A DNA stretch of 64,000 bases from Candidatus Latescibacterota bacterium (GTDB lineage Bacteria > Latescibacterota > UBA2968 > UBA8231), in contig OZ241362.1 of the NCBI GenBank assembly GCA_965200315.1, positions 895,291 to 959,290 of the forward strand, in the 5' to 3' direction. Both the position numbers and the translations under genes were made by a program. Shown one piece after another: positions 55,136 through 64,000 of the stretch (positions are counted from its first letter, which is position 1; each line of letters starts with the position of its first letter). The notes under the pieces were generated by a model. It was not told the DNA's origin. It saw nothing but the letters and a program-made list of their open reading frames with translations, and searched no databases.

Positions 55136-56404
55136 ATGGCATTGACAATCCTGCACTTTGCTGATCTGCATCTAGGCGTCGAAAACCACGGCAGTCTCGA
55201 CCCAAAAACCGGCCTGCATTCGCGGGTTCAAGATTTTGCTAACAGCCTAGAAGCGGTTTTCGACCTAGCCATTGAAAAGGCGGTCGACTTGGTTCTCTTC
55301 GCCGGCGACATGTACAAGAATTGCGATCCGACCCCGACCCATCAGCGCGTCTTGGCTCGCCAGCTCCAACGCCTGCAAGCGGCCGGCATCCCCATCGTGC
55401 TAGTGGTGGGCAACCACGACGCGCCGGGAGCTTTCGGCAAGGCCACTTCGGTTGACATTTTCAGCACCCTACAGCTAGAGGGCACTTACGTCATCCGCCG
55501 TCCGGATCTCCTGCGAATCGAAACGGCCAACGGCCCAGTACAAGTGGCCGGCCTGCCTTGGCCGACGCGTCATGCCCTACTCACCCACGACGAATACCGC
55601 GACCTGCCCCTAGAGGAAATCCGCGTCCAGATCCAAAAGATCTACGCGGCTCAGATCGACGAGTACGCCCGGCAACTCGACCCAACGCTGCCAAGCGTAC
55701 TCGCCGCCCATCTCACGGCCGCCGACGCCGTCTATTCTGGGGGCGAACGCACCGCCATCATCGGTCAAGATCCAGTTTTGCTCACTAGCACCCTTGCCAA
55801 TCCGGCCTACGATTACGTCGCCTTGGGGCACATTCACAAACATCAAGACCTCAACCCCGGCCAACATCCGCCCGTGATCTATTCGGGCAGCCTAGAGCGC
55901 ATTGACTTTGGCGAGGAAGGCGAAGACAAGGGCTTCTGCCTCGTCCGCATCTCAGAGGACGCCACCACGCCAAGGGGCCGGGCAACCACCTTTGAGTTCG
56001 TCCCCGTCCCGTCCCGGCGTTTTGTGACCATCAAGCTAAAGGTGCTCGATGGCCAAGACGCGACCGAGCGCATCGTCGCGGCCTGCGCCACGGCCGATCT
56101 GGCAGACGCCGTGGTCCGCGTCCTCTACGACCTGCCCGCAGGCTACGCTACGCCAGTGGACTTGCAACAGGTGCGGCAAGCACTCGAACCGGCCTTCCAC
56201 GTCGCCTCTATTCAGCCGCGCTTTGCTCCAGAAATGCGCCAACGCCGCGCCGAAATCAGCGAGGAAGCCGAATTAGGAGACGCCCTCGACCGCTACATTG
56301 ACAACAGCCCAGACCTACAAACACACCGATCCGAGCTCAAAAGCTACGCCCTCCACCTAGAGCGCGAGCTTGAAGCTGGCCAACCCGACGAAGACGACAA
56401 ATGA
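55136..56404 (+). CDS. sbcD: SbcD/Mre11-type DNA repair exonuclease
   Basis: Metallophosphoesterase motifs ILHFADLHLG, GDMYK, GNHD, GHIH. 4-nt overlap with sbcC. Confidence 0.88.
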   Translation: MALTILHFADLHLGVENHGSLDPKTGLHSRVQDFANSLEAVFDLAIEKAVDLVLFAGDMYKNCDPTPTHQRVLARQLQRLQAAGIPIVLVVGNHDAPGAFGKATSVDIFSTLQLEGTYVIRRPDLLRIETANGPVQVAGLPWPTRHALLTHDEYRDLPLEEIRVQIQKIYAAQIDEYARQLDPTLPSVLAAHLTAADAVYSGGERTAIIGQDPVLLTSTLANPAYDYVALGHIHKHQDLNPGQHPPVIYSGSLERIDFGEEGEDKGFCLVRISEDATTPRGRATTFEFVPVPSRRFVTIKLKVLDGQDATERIVAACATADLADAVVRVLYDLPAGYATPVDLQQVRQALEPAFHVASIQPRFAPEMRQRRAEISEEAELGDALDRYIDNSPDLQTHRSELKSYALHLERELEAGQPDEDDK

Positions 56405-59400
56405 TCCCCCTTTCCCTTTCGTTGCGCAATTTTCTCAGTTACGGCGAGGAGGTGCCGCCGCTCGACTTTACCCAGTTCCACGTCGCCTGTCTCACCGGCG
56501 GCAATGGCCACGGCAAATCCGCCCTGCTCGATGGGATCACCTATGCCTTGTGGGGCCAAGCCCGCAAAAGCCGCAGCGACGAAGAACTCTGTCGGATCGG
56601 AGCCAGAGAAATGCGGGTTGACTTCGACTTCGCCCTCGGCGAAAAGCACTTCCGCATCATCCGCAGTTGGCGTCGCACCAAGCGGGGCGTCCCGGCCTTA
56701 GACCTGCAAGTAGAAAGCGATGGTGTCTTCCGCACTCTCAGCGAAGGCGAGGGCATTCATCCCACCCAGCGGCGCATCAACGAACTCCTATCCATGGACT
56801 ACGACACCTTTGTCAACTCGGCCTTCATCGTCCAAGGGCGCGCCGACGAGTTCACCCAGAAAAACGCTAGGCAGCGCAAAGAAGTCCTCGGGAGGATTCT
56901 CGGCCTAGGTCGCTACGATCAGCTCCAAAGCATGGCTCGGGGCCGCTATCAAGAGTGCCAGCGCCAGAGCGAGACTCAGCAAACCCGCCTCGGCAAACTC
57001 GATGATGAATTGGCCAATCGCGAAGGCTACGAAGCCGAGCTGCGCACCGTCGATGACCACCTCGCTCTACTCGGCCGCGAAATCAGCAGCCGAGAAAAGG
57101 CGCAAGCCGAGTTGGAGGCCCAGCGCCTAGAACAGATACAGCTCCGCCAGCGCAGTGCCGAGTTGGGGCGGGAACAACAGCGCGTTGCCGAGCGGGCGCA
57201 GCAGGTCAATGACGAGCTCGAAAACCTGCGGGCGCAGCAGCGCCAAGACAGCGAAATCCTAGCAACCGCCGAATCTATCGAGCGGGACTTTGCGGCCTAC
57301 AACCAGCTCCGCATCCAAATCGGCCTGCTCGAACAAAAAGCTCAGGAGCACGGCAAGTTAGAGACCCACCACCGCCAGCTAGCAGAGCAAATCGCCCAAG
57401 CGCGCCAAAAAGTGGAGCGGCGGCAGGCGCACTGGGCGGCCACTCTCGGCGGGTGCCAGCGCCAACTCGCCGAGTACCAAGCCTTGCTCAATCGGGAACA
57501 GACCATCGCCATCCGCTACGCCGAGTTCAAAACCATCAGCGAGCAGGCCCAAGCCCTAGAGCAGGCGCGGATTCGCTACGAGGCTCTCCTCAGCGAGCGC
57601 CGCCGCCTTGAACACGAACTATCTCTCGCAGCGGAGCACGGCAAGAGCCAGCGCCAAGCACTAGCCAAGCAATTGGCACAGCTAGAGCGAGCCAGCACCG
57701 AAGGGGAAACCCTAGCAGCCCACATCCGCCAGTTGCAATCGCAACAGCTCCAATTGCAGGCCCAAGCCGAGGAACAGGACCGCCTCAAGGACGAGGGCCT
57801 CGAGCTCAAAACCCAGATCGCCGAGCGGGAACAGAAGCTGCACACCGAAGAGGAAGAATTGGCCAACGAGCGTCAGCAGGCTCTGACCTTGGCCGGTTCC
57901 GACGACGCCAATTGTCCATTGTGCGGCAGCGCACTCGACGCCGAACACCGCCAACAGGTCGCGGCCGAACTCTCGCAGCGGCAAGACCGCCGCCAAGAGC
58001 GCATCGCCGCCCTCGGCCGCGAGATGACCACGCTAGACGATCAATTGCAAAAGATGCGCACGCGCTACAAGGCCCTCGGAGAGGCAATCGCCCCACTCCA
58101 GCAGGTCCACCAAGAAAGGGCCGCCGCAGAGGCTCGTCTCGGGCAATTGCGGGAAGAGGCCGCTGAGGCCCCGTTGCTAGCCGAGCAATTAGCCAGCCTC
58201 GACCGCGAACTCAGTGACCAATCATACGCTCCCCGCGAACGCGAACTCCTGCACAAGCTCGCCGGAGAAATTGAGCTATTGGGCTATAGCAGCACCGAGC
58301 ACGAGGCGCTGGGCCAAAAGCTCGCCGAGTTGCGCCCGGTCGAGACCGAGCACGCCCGTTTGCAGGACGCCAAACGCCAAACCGACCGGCTCAACAGCGA
58401 GCGATCTGAAGCCCAAAACCAACTCGAGCGGGCCGACCGCCAGCTCGCCGAGGCCCACTATGCCCAAGAGGAACGGGAGCAACTCGGCCAAGTCGAGCAG
58501 CAGCTTGCAGCCCTAGGCTACGACAGTGCCGAGCACCAGCGGTTGCGCCTGCAACACGACGACCTGCGCGACAGCGTCCGGCAGTTCGAGCGCCTGCAAC
58601 AGGCCCGCCAACGCCGTGCTTCATCCGGCGAATCGCGGGTGCGCTACGAGGCCGAAGCCTCTACTCTAGTGGAGCAATTGCAGGCTATAAAAGAAGAAAA
58701 GGGAAAGTTGCACGAGCGGGCCGGCGAGTTAGAAAGCGTCGATAGGCGGCTCGGCGAAAACCAGGTCCAATTGAAAAAGCTGCGGGTCGAGCGGGACCAA
58801 CACCTCCAGCACCGGGGCAATCTAGAGGCCCTATGTACGCGCTGCGCTGAATTGGCGCAGGAACGGGACGCGCTGCGCCAAGACCTGCAAGGCACCCAGC
58901 GACAGGCTTGGATCTACCAACAGCTCGACAAGGCATTCGGCAAGGATGGGATCCAAGCGCTGATCATTGAAAACGCCGTGCCGCAGATTGCCGACGAAGC
59001 CAACGCCATCCTCGCACGCCTGACCGACAACCGCATCCAAGTCGCCTTTGAGTCGCTGCGCGACCTGAAAAAAGGCGGCACCCGCGAAACCCTCGACGTC
59101 AAGATCGCCGACGAAATCGGCGAGCGTTCCTATCACCTCTATTCCGGGGGCGAGGCATTTCGCACCAATTTTGCCTTGCGCATCGCGCTCTCCAAGGTGC
59201 TGGCCATGCGCTCGGGCACCCGCCTCCACACCCTCTTTATCGACGAGGGCTTCGGCACCCAAGACGAGCAAGGGCTGGAACAACTCATCGAAGCCATCCA
59301 AAAGATCAGCGAGGACTTCAAAAAGGTGTTGATCGTCACGCATCTCGACCAACTCAAGGCGGCCTTTCCAGTGCAAATCGAGGTCGCCAAACATCCAGAC

Positions 59401-59436
59401 TTAGGCTCGCGTTTTTCCGTGACGCAGCACGCCTAG
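56401..59436 (+). CDS. sbcC: SbcC/Rad50-type SMC-like ATPase
   Basis: Walker A GGNGHGKS, long coiled coil with zinc hook CPLCGS, signature YSGGEAFRTNF, Walker B LFIDEGFG. Confidence 0.88.
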   Translation: MIPLSLSLRNFLSYGEEVPPLDFTQFHVACLTGGNGHGKSALLDGITYALWGQARKSRSDEELCRIGAREMRVDFDFALGEKHFRIIRSWRRTKRGVPALDLQVESDGVFRTLSEGEGIHPTQRRINELLSMDYDTFVNSAFIVQGRADEFTQKNARQRKEVLGRILGLGRYDQLQSMARGRYQECQRQSETQQTRLGKLDDELANREGYEAELRTVDDHLALLGREISSREKAQAELEAQRLEQIQLRQRSAELGREQQRVAERAQQVNDELENLRAQQRQDSEILATAESIERDFAAYNQLRIQIGLLEQKAQEHGKLETHHRQLAEQIAQARQKVERRQAHWAATLGGCQRQLAEYQALLNREQTIAIRYAEFKTISEQAQALEQARIRYEALLSERRRLEHELSLAAEHGKSQRQALAKQLAQLERASTEGETLAAHIRQLQSQQLQLQAQAEEQDRLKDEGLELKTQIAEREQKLHTEEEELANERQQALTLAGSDDANCPLCGSALDAEHRQQVAAELSQRQDRRQERIAALGREMTTLDDQLQKMRTRYKALGEAIAPLQQVHQERAAAEARLGQLREEAAEAPLLAEQLASLDRELSDQSYAPRERELLHKLAGEIELLGYSSTEHEALGQKLAELRPVETEHARLQDAKRQTDRLNSERSEAQNQLERADRQLAEAHYAQEEREQLGQVEQQLAALGYDSAEHQRLRLQHDDLRDSVRQFERLQQARQRRASSGESRVRYEAEASTLVEQLQAIKEEKGKLHERAGELESVDRRLGENQVQLKKLRVERDQHLQHRGNLEALCTRCAELAQERDALRQDLQGTQRQAWIYQQLDKAFGKDGIQALIIENAVPQIADEANAILARLTDNRIQVAFESLRDLKKGGTRETLDVKIADEIGERSYHLYSGGEAFRTNFALRIALSKVLAMRSGTRLHTLFIDEGFGTQDEQGLEQLIEAIQKISEDFKKVLIVTHLDQLKAAFPVQIEVAKHPDLGSRFSVTQHA

Positions 59437-59440
59437 CCTC

Positions 59441-60415
59441 TTGCCCATTATGGCCCACTACGACGAATATCACGCCGCCCACACCGGCGCGGCCCTACGC
59501 GACGCGCAAGCTTCATTTCGTTTGTACATGCGCGGTGCTGACCATCTCGACTTCCTGCACCGCATGACCTCCAACGACTTCCACAACCTGCCAATCGGGC
59601 ACGGCCTCGAAGCGGTCTTTATCGAACAGCGAGCGCGGGTTCTCGATCTCGCCACCTGCTATCGCGGCCCGGACGCCGCCGCCTTGATCCTGAGTCCCGA
59701 TTCGCGCGCCGCAATCCCCGCTTGGTTGGACCGCTTCATCTTTGCCGAGGCCCTCGAATTGGCAGACCGCACAGACGAGACGGCCATGTTCGAGCTCATC
59801 GGCCCACGTGCCGCCCAGCTAGTCGCCCGCGCATTGGACGCGGAGCTGGCACAACTTCAGGATCACCAACTGCTCGACCCACAGGTCCCAGACGGCCTGT
59901 GGCTGGCGCGTACGGCCGGGCCGGGGCTGCGCGCCTTCGGGCCGCCAGACGACGTAAAGGCCCTTTGGCAGCGCCTCGCCGCCGCAGGTGCTCGTCCGAT
60001 CGAGTCGGAGACGTGGGAGATTTTGCGCGTCGAACAGGGCCTTCCCCTACTCGGGCGAGAGCTGACCCAAAATTACAACCCCTGGGAAGCAGGGCTTGGT
60101 CGCGCCATCCATCTAGATAAAGGCTGCTATATCGGCCAAGAAGTCATCGCCCGCCTAGACACCTACGACAAAGTCAAGCAGCATCTAGTCGGGCTGCGGC
60201 TTGCCGCAGCCGAGTTGCCAGCGATGGGACAACGGCTGCGCGACGGCGCACGCGAAGTAGGGTGCATCACTTCGGCAGTTCACTCCCCCAGCCTCGGTGC
60301 GATTGCCCTCGCCTATGTGCGGCGGAGCGCTTGTGCCGAGGGCACTGTGCTAGACGCGGGCGGAGCGCCGGCCACCGTAGTTTCCTTGCCTTTTTTGTCG
60401 CATGAGTCCCGCTAG
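59441..60415 (+). CDS. ygfZ: YgfZ/GcvT-like folate-binding protein
   Basis: GcvT-like fold and the characteristic DKGCYIGQEVIARL motif. Confidence 0.75.
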   Translation: MPIMAHYDEYHAAHTGAALRDAQASFRLYMRGADHLDFLHRMTSNDFHNLPIGHGLEAVFIEQRARVLDLATCYRGPDAAALILSPDSRAAIPAWLDRFIFAEALELADRTDETAMFELIGPRAAQLVARALDAELAQLQDHQLLDPQVPDGLWLARTAGPGLRAFGPPDDVKALWQRLAAAGARPIESETWEILRVEQGLPLLGRELTQNYNPWEAGLGRAIHLDKGCYIGQEVIARLDTYDKVKQHLVGLRLAAAELPAMGQRLRDGAREVGCITSAVHSPSLGAIALAYVRRSACAEGTVLDAGGAPATVVSLPFLSHESR

Positions 60416-61304
60416 GGCCAGCGGACGCCGCAAGATAGTCCACATTGGGATTGATAGCGGCCCGCGCCACAACACCCGGGCTTGCACCGAATTCGCCGCG
60501 CTCCTGCGCGAATACACCGATTGGATCGAATGGGGCGACGGCCATGCCATCCTCGACGTCACCGATAATAAGCTCGATATCCCCTTTGGAATGCGCGTCG
60601 CCAAAATGATCAAGAGCGACCTCAGGCGGCAGCTAGACTGGAGCGTTTCCATGGGTTTGGCACCCAGCAAGTTCTTGGCGCGGCTGGCTATGGAGTGCCA
60701 GCGGCCCGATGGCCTGACGGTCGTGCTGCCCGAACAGATAGGGGATTTTCTCGCCGACGTGCCCATCGATCAGCTTCCTGGCGTGGGGGCCGTTACGCGC
60801 CAGCAGCTTACGGCCATGCAAATAGAGCGCGTTGGTGCGCTGGCCCAAGTGCCGCTGAACGAACTCGTGCGCCGCTTTGGCCTGCGGGGCAGCAGCTTTT
60901 GGCACCTCGCCCAAGGCTGGGACGACGCCCCGGTTGCCCCAGCCGAACAGCTCGACCAAATCCGCAAGGAAACCTCTTTTGCCGCCCCGCTCTACACCCG
61001 CGAAGAAATGCGCGATGCCTTGCGCGAGTTGGCCGCCGCGCTCTGTGGGCGCTTGCAGTGCCGAGGGCTACAAGCACGCGACGTAATCATAGAGGTGCGC
61101 TATCCAGATTCTCGCACCGCAACGCGCACATCGCGCTTAGCCACTTTTACCGATCGCGCCCAAGTCGTCTTCGCGACTGCCTGCGAACTGTTAGAACAGA
61201 CAGAAGCCGACGACTTAGGTACGCGTCTGCTCAGCATTGGGTTGGGGGGATTTGACGACGAGGAAATTGAGCAGCTCGATTTGTTTGCTAGCGAAAAACC
61301 CTAG
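60402..61304 (+). CDS. Y-family DNA polymerase (DinB-like) remnant with internal deletion and lost catalytic carboxylates
   Basis: RKIVHIGIDSG aligns to the DinB N-terminus. About 55-60 aa of palm/fingers are missing. GDGHAILDVTD replaces SLDEAYLDVTD. Thumb, HhH (LPGVGAVT) and little finger are retained. Confidence 0.7.
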   Translation: MSPARASGRRKIVHIGIDSGPRHNTRACTEFAALLREYTDWIEWGDGHAILDVTDNKLDIPFGMRVAKMIKSDLRRQLDWSVSMGLAPSKFLARLAMECQRPDGLTVVLPEQIGDFLADVPIDQLPGVGAVTRQQLTAMQIERVGALAQVPLNELVRRFGLRGSSFWHLAQGWDDAPVAPAEQLDQIRKETSFAAPLYTREEMRDALRELAAALCGRLQCRGLQARDVIIEVRYPDSRTATRTSRLATFTDRAQVVFATACELLEQTEADDLGTRLLSIGLGGFDDEEIEQLDLFASEKP

Positions 61305-62563
61305 GCCGCAGCCTGCGGCAATACCGAATCTCCATAGGGCAGCACCCAGATCCGGGCCTCGGAGCCGACCACTTGGTGCGCGGCTGTCAGAGCTTGGCCA
61401 AGGTCGTCAAAGGGCACTAAGCCGACCCGACCTAGAGCCTCAGCCGGCAGCGACGAGACCAAATGCACGCGGGCCTTTTTCAGCACCGCGGCAATGGCGG
61501 CAGCCTTGTGCCCTCCTAGGACGAATTCTCGCTCTATGCGTGCGAGAATCGCGTCACCCGAATCCGCCTCCTGCAACCAAGAGGCAAAGGTAGCGCTGCC
61601 CAGCCCCTCTCGGCATTCGGCCACCCAGACGATAACGCCTCCTTCGCGCACCGCATGCACGGCGTTGTCGAGGGCTTTTTGCGCTTGGTACATATTGACG
61701 TCCAGCGGATAGCCGCCCGCGCTGACGAGGACAATGTCAGCGCATCGCTCAATAGGCACGGCCCCGCGCTCAGCTACCCGTGCGCATCCTTTGCGGTGCG
61801 CTTCTCGCACGTGTCCGGCAAAGGCGGAGACAATGCGATGGCGGTCGTCGACGATCGCATTGAGGATGAAGTCAATCCCCAACATGGCCGCCCCTTCTTC
61901 TAAATCTTCCCGCACCGGATTGCCTTCAAGCCGCCCGGTCTCCGCGCCGGGCCGAGCCATCAAGCCGTGGTTGGCCGCTATAGTGCTGGGAGAAGCACAG
62001 CCGGGCAAGACCGCCTTGGCCCCGCCCGAAAAACCGGCGAAGTAGTGGAACTCCAAGTTGCCCAAACAAATCCGCACATCGGCCTCGACCAAGGGACGGA
62101 AGAGCTCCACGGGCGTACCGCGAGCGGTGACGCCCAGCCGCACCACATCCTGTGGATCGTGGTTCACCACCCGCACCCGATCATAGACCGCCGGCCCCAC
62201 CAGGGCGGCCAGCTCGGCTGCGGTCTGCGCTCGATGCAGCCCCAAGGCCACGACCACAGTCACGTCGGCGTCCGGTACGCCGGCTGCGGCAAGTTCCTCC
62301 AGCACCGGCGGCAACAGGCGATCCGTGGGGCAGGGCCGGGTCATATCGCTGACGACAATCGCGACCTGCTGGCCGGGCCGCACCAAGGCGCGCAATGCCG
62401 GCGTACCCACGGGCTGGGCCAGCGCATCTCGCACCAACGCATGCTCTGCGCCGTTGCCCCCTTGTTCTGCTTTCGGCAGGACGACGCCTAGGAGACACTC
62501 ACTGGGCACGTCAACTTGCAACTGAGAGTCGCCAAAGGGCAGCTCGATTTGCGTCGCAGCCAT
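61301..62563 (-). CDS. LarA-like (DUF2088) nickel-pincer-cofactor-dependent racemase family protein
   Basis: ALGLHR and HYFAGFSGGAKAVLPG (cofactor-tethering Lys context). 420 aa. Confidence 0.7.
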   Translation of the reverse strand: MAATQIELPFGDSQLQVDVPSECLLGVVLPKAEQGGNGAEHALVRDALAQPVGTPALRALVRPGQQVAIVVSDMTRPCPTDRLLPPVLEELAAAGVPDADVTVVVALGLHRAQTAAELAALVGPAVYDRVRVVNHDPQDVVRLGVTARGTPVELFRPLVEADVRICLGNLEFHYFAGFSGGAKAVLPGCASPSTIAANHGLMARPGAETGRLEGNPVREDLEEGAAMLGIDFILNAIVDDRHRIVSAFAGHVREAHRKGCARVAERGAVPIERCADIVLVSAGGYPLDVNMYQAQKALDNAVHAVREGGVIVWVAECREGLGSATFASWLQEADSGDAILARIEREFVLGGHKAAAIAAVLKKARVHLVSSLPAEALGRVGLVPFDDLGQALTAAHQVVGSEARIWVLPYGDSVLPQAAA

Positions 62564-62572
62564 GAATCCTCC

Positions 62573-62797
62573 TCAATTGTCGAGAGCACAGGCACCGGCA
62601 CCGCGCGGATCGCCACAGGTGCCGCACGGCCCTATTGGCTCGCGCTCGCTGGCAGCGCGGCCAGCGACGGCAAAACTCGACAGCTTCTTCGCCAACTCCG
62701 CACTCTCACAAGACGGGCAAACGGCTGTCGCCGCCCCTTGTATGAGCGCGTCGAACTCCGCGCCGCACTCCTTGCAGGCGTATTCAAAAATCGGCAT
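62573..62797 (-). CDS. FmdB-family zinc-ribbon protein
   Basis: MPIFEYACKECGAEF...CPSCES; C-terminal CGTCGD. Confidence 0.7.
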   Translation of the reverse strand: MPIFEYACKECGAEFDALIQGAATAVCPSCESAELAKKLSSFAVAGRAASEREPIGPCGTCGDPRGAGACALDN

Positions 62798-62800
62798 GGC

Positions 62801-63325
62801 TCAAGCTCCGTGCAGGGCCGGCTGATACAGGCCCACGCTGTAGAATTCATAAGAAGCCGCTTTGTCTGGGAAATCAACTACGTGCACCGTGAAGCGGGCC
62901 GGGACCCCGACGTCGGGCATACAGTCGCGGAAAAAGTGGCTATAGGCTTGGGCGTATTCTTGATACATGCGTTGTTGTTCCTCGTGAAAGCGCTGCGGAT
63001 CGGTCAGCGGATTGACGTCCTTGGGCTGGGCACCAAAGGCGTGGACCTCGATGAAATCTATCTGGTCAATCGAATCGCAAATCTCGGCTTCTTGCAGCCA
63101 CTTTTCCCAACAGCGGAAGACCAACTCGACCTCGACAGAAGGCGTCATCCTCACCAGCTCGTCGCGGCCGAGGATCCCATGCGCCGAATGCCCGCCGGTC
63201 AAGCCGGCGAAGTAGATCTTCAAATCGCCGTTGTCCAGCGCTTCGGTCACCAAGGCCGATAAAGTGGGGTGATCCCCTCCGTAGTAATAGGTCAATCGGC
63301 CGCGTTGCTTGACGTTAAATGCCAT
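62801..63325 (-). CDS. conserved hypothetical protein (no family recognised from sequence alone)
   Basis: ORF 62801..63421. ATG at 63325 (MAFNVKQRG) avoids overlap with the upstream gene. Codon usage is consistent with its neighbours. Confidence 0.45.
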   Translation of the reverse strand: MAFNVKQRGRLTYYYGGDHPTLSALVTEALDNGDLKIYFAGLTGGHSAHGILGRDELVRMTPSVEVELVFRCWEKWLQEAEICDSIDQIDFIEVHAFGAQPKDVNPLTDPQRFHEEQQRMYQEYAQAYSHFFRDCMPDVGVPARFTVHVVDFPDKAASYEFYSVGLYQPALHGA

Positions 63326-63345
63326 CGTACCCCTTTCGCTTAGAA

Positions 63346-64000
63346 TTAAAGTGCTTCGACGAAAATTTCGGCCCAATGCCGCGCCCGCCGCCCAGTGAAA
63401 TCGGCAATCTGGTGGCGACACGAGGTGCCTACGGCCGCGATTTCCACGTCTTCTGCTGCCTCCGCTAGCACGGCAAAGAGCCGCTCCTGCCCCACGGCGC
63501 GCGATATTTCAAAGTGCTCCTTCTCGTAGCCAAAGCTACCAGCCATGCCACAGCAGCCCGATGGAATTTCTTCGGCACTAAAGCGGGGCGGCATGTTGAG
63601 CACGGCCAATGTCGCGGCTGTACCCGTCAGGGCTTTTTGATGGCAGTGGCCATGCACCAAAATACGGCGGGCGGTCTGGGTGAACTCCAGATCGAGCGGC
63701 GACTCGCGGACGAGAAAATCCTCGAGCAAGACGACCTGTTCGGCCACGCGCCGGCTTTGCGGATCGTCGACCAAATCTAGGTAATCGTCGCTGAGAGCCG
63801 ACGCGCAGCTCGGCTCCAACCCGATGATCGGCACCCCTTCCTCGGCCCACGGCGTGAGTATCTCCACATTGCGCTGCGCCAAGGTGCGGGCGCGGTCGAG
63901 AAAGCCCTTGGATATGAACGGCCGGCCGCAACAGCCCTTGTTTGCGGCCAAGACGACCTCGTACCCGGCGCGTTCCAAGATGATCGTCGCCGCCATGCCA
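63346..64000 (-). CDS. C-terminal part of an (Fe-S)-binding oxidase with two CCG domains (GlcF / Fe-S D-lactate dehydrogenase type), 5'-truncated by the window edge
   Basis: NKGCCGRPF and SGCCGMAGSFGYEKEHFEIS CCG motifs. The reading frame is open to the window end. Confidence 0.7.
   Translation of the reverse strand, partial: GMAATIILERAGYEVVLAANKGCCGRPFISKGFLDRARTLAQRNVEILTPWAEEGVPIIGLEPSCASALSDDYLDLVDDPQSRRVAEQVVLLEDFLVRESPLDLEFTQTARRILVHGHCHQKALTGTAATLAVLNMPPRFSAEEIPSGCCGMAGSFGYEKEHFEISRAVGQERLFAVLAEAAEDVEIAAVGTSCRHQIADFTGRRARHWAEIFVEAL

Noticed and set aside
55136-59436. SbcD/SbcC pair as a possible defence system (Lamassu/Wadjet/Gabija-like SMC ATPase plus nuclease)
   Set aside because: This is a canonical Mre11-type phosphoesterase plus Rad50-type ATPase with a CxxC zinc hook and host-like composition. 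It is best explained as housekeeping sbcDC.

Overview
GC-rich (about 60%+) bacterial chromosome segment, almost entirely core genes, most on the minus strand. Reading the minus strand from high to low coordinates: (i) greA. (ii) One unbroken ~28.7 kb transcription/translation array (54311->25631): tRNA-Gly, tRNA-Thr, rpmG, tRNA-Trp, secE, nusG, rplKAJL, rpoBC, rpsLG, fusA, tuf, then the S10/spc/alpha ribosomal genes through rplQ. (iii) rlmD, a sigma-54 activator, a ClpX-like ATPase (+ strand), a TPR/periplasmic-binding protein and small TPR/zinc-ribbon genes. (iv) A 12-gene tightly coupled MoxR-DUF58-[ABC-2 transporter/GldG/DUF4340]-DUF4381-BatABCDE array (18324->3723). (v) A Gfo/Idh/MocA oxidoreductase. 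The only clearly accessory DNA is a ~1.85 kb, visibly AT-richer two-gene cassette at 774..2538: an ABC-type AAA ATPase plus a small TOPRIM-like protein. It sits exactly behind the oxidoreductase stop codon and is bracketed by ~94-98 bp direct repeats that duplicate the gene's 3' end. I read it as a split-OLD / PARIS- or AbiL-like defence islet with no integrase. The plus-strand block at the right end holds sbcDC, ygfZ and a catalytically degenerate DinB-like gene, followed by a LarA-like racemase and an Fe-S (CCG) oxidase fragment. Other oddities: rplC is absent between rpsJ and rplD; adk, map and infA are absent between secY and rpmJ; there is a perfect 70-bp tandem duplication of the tRNA-Thr 3' part and a 45-bp tandem duplication of the batA/batB junction; the NtrC-type activator has a fully degenerate receiver; greA has a leader terminator. 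No rRNA, CRISPR array, transposase or integrase was seen.
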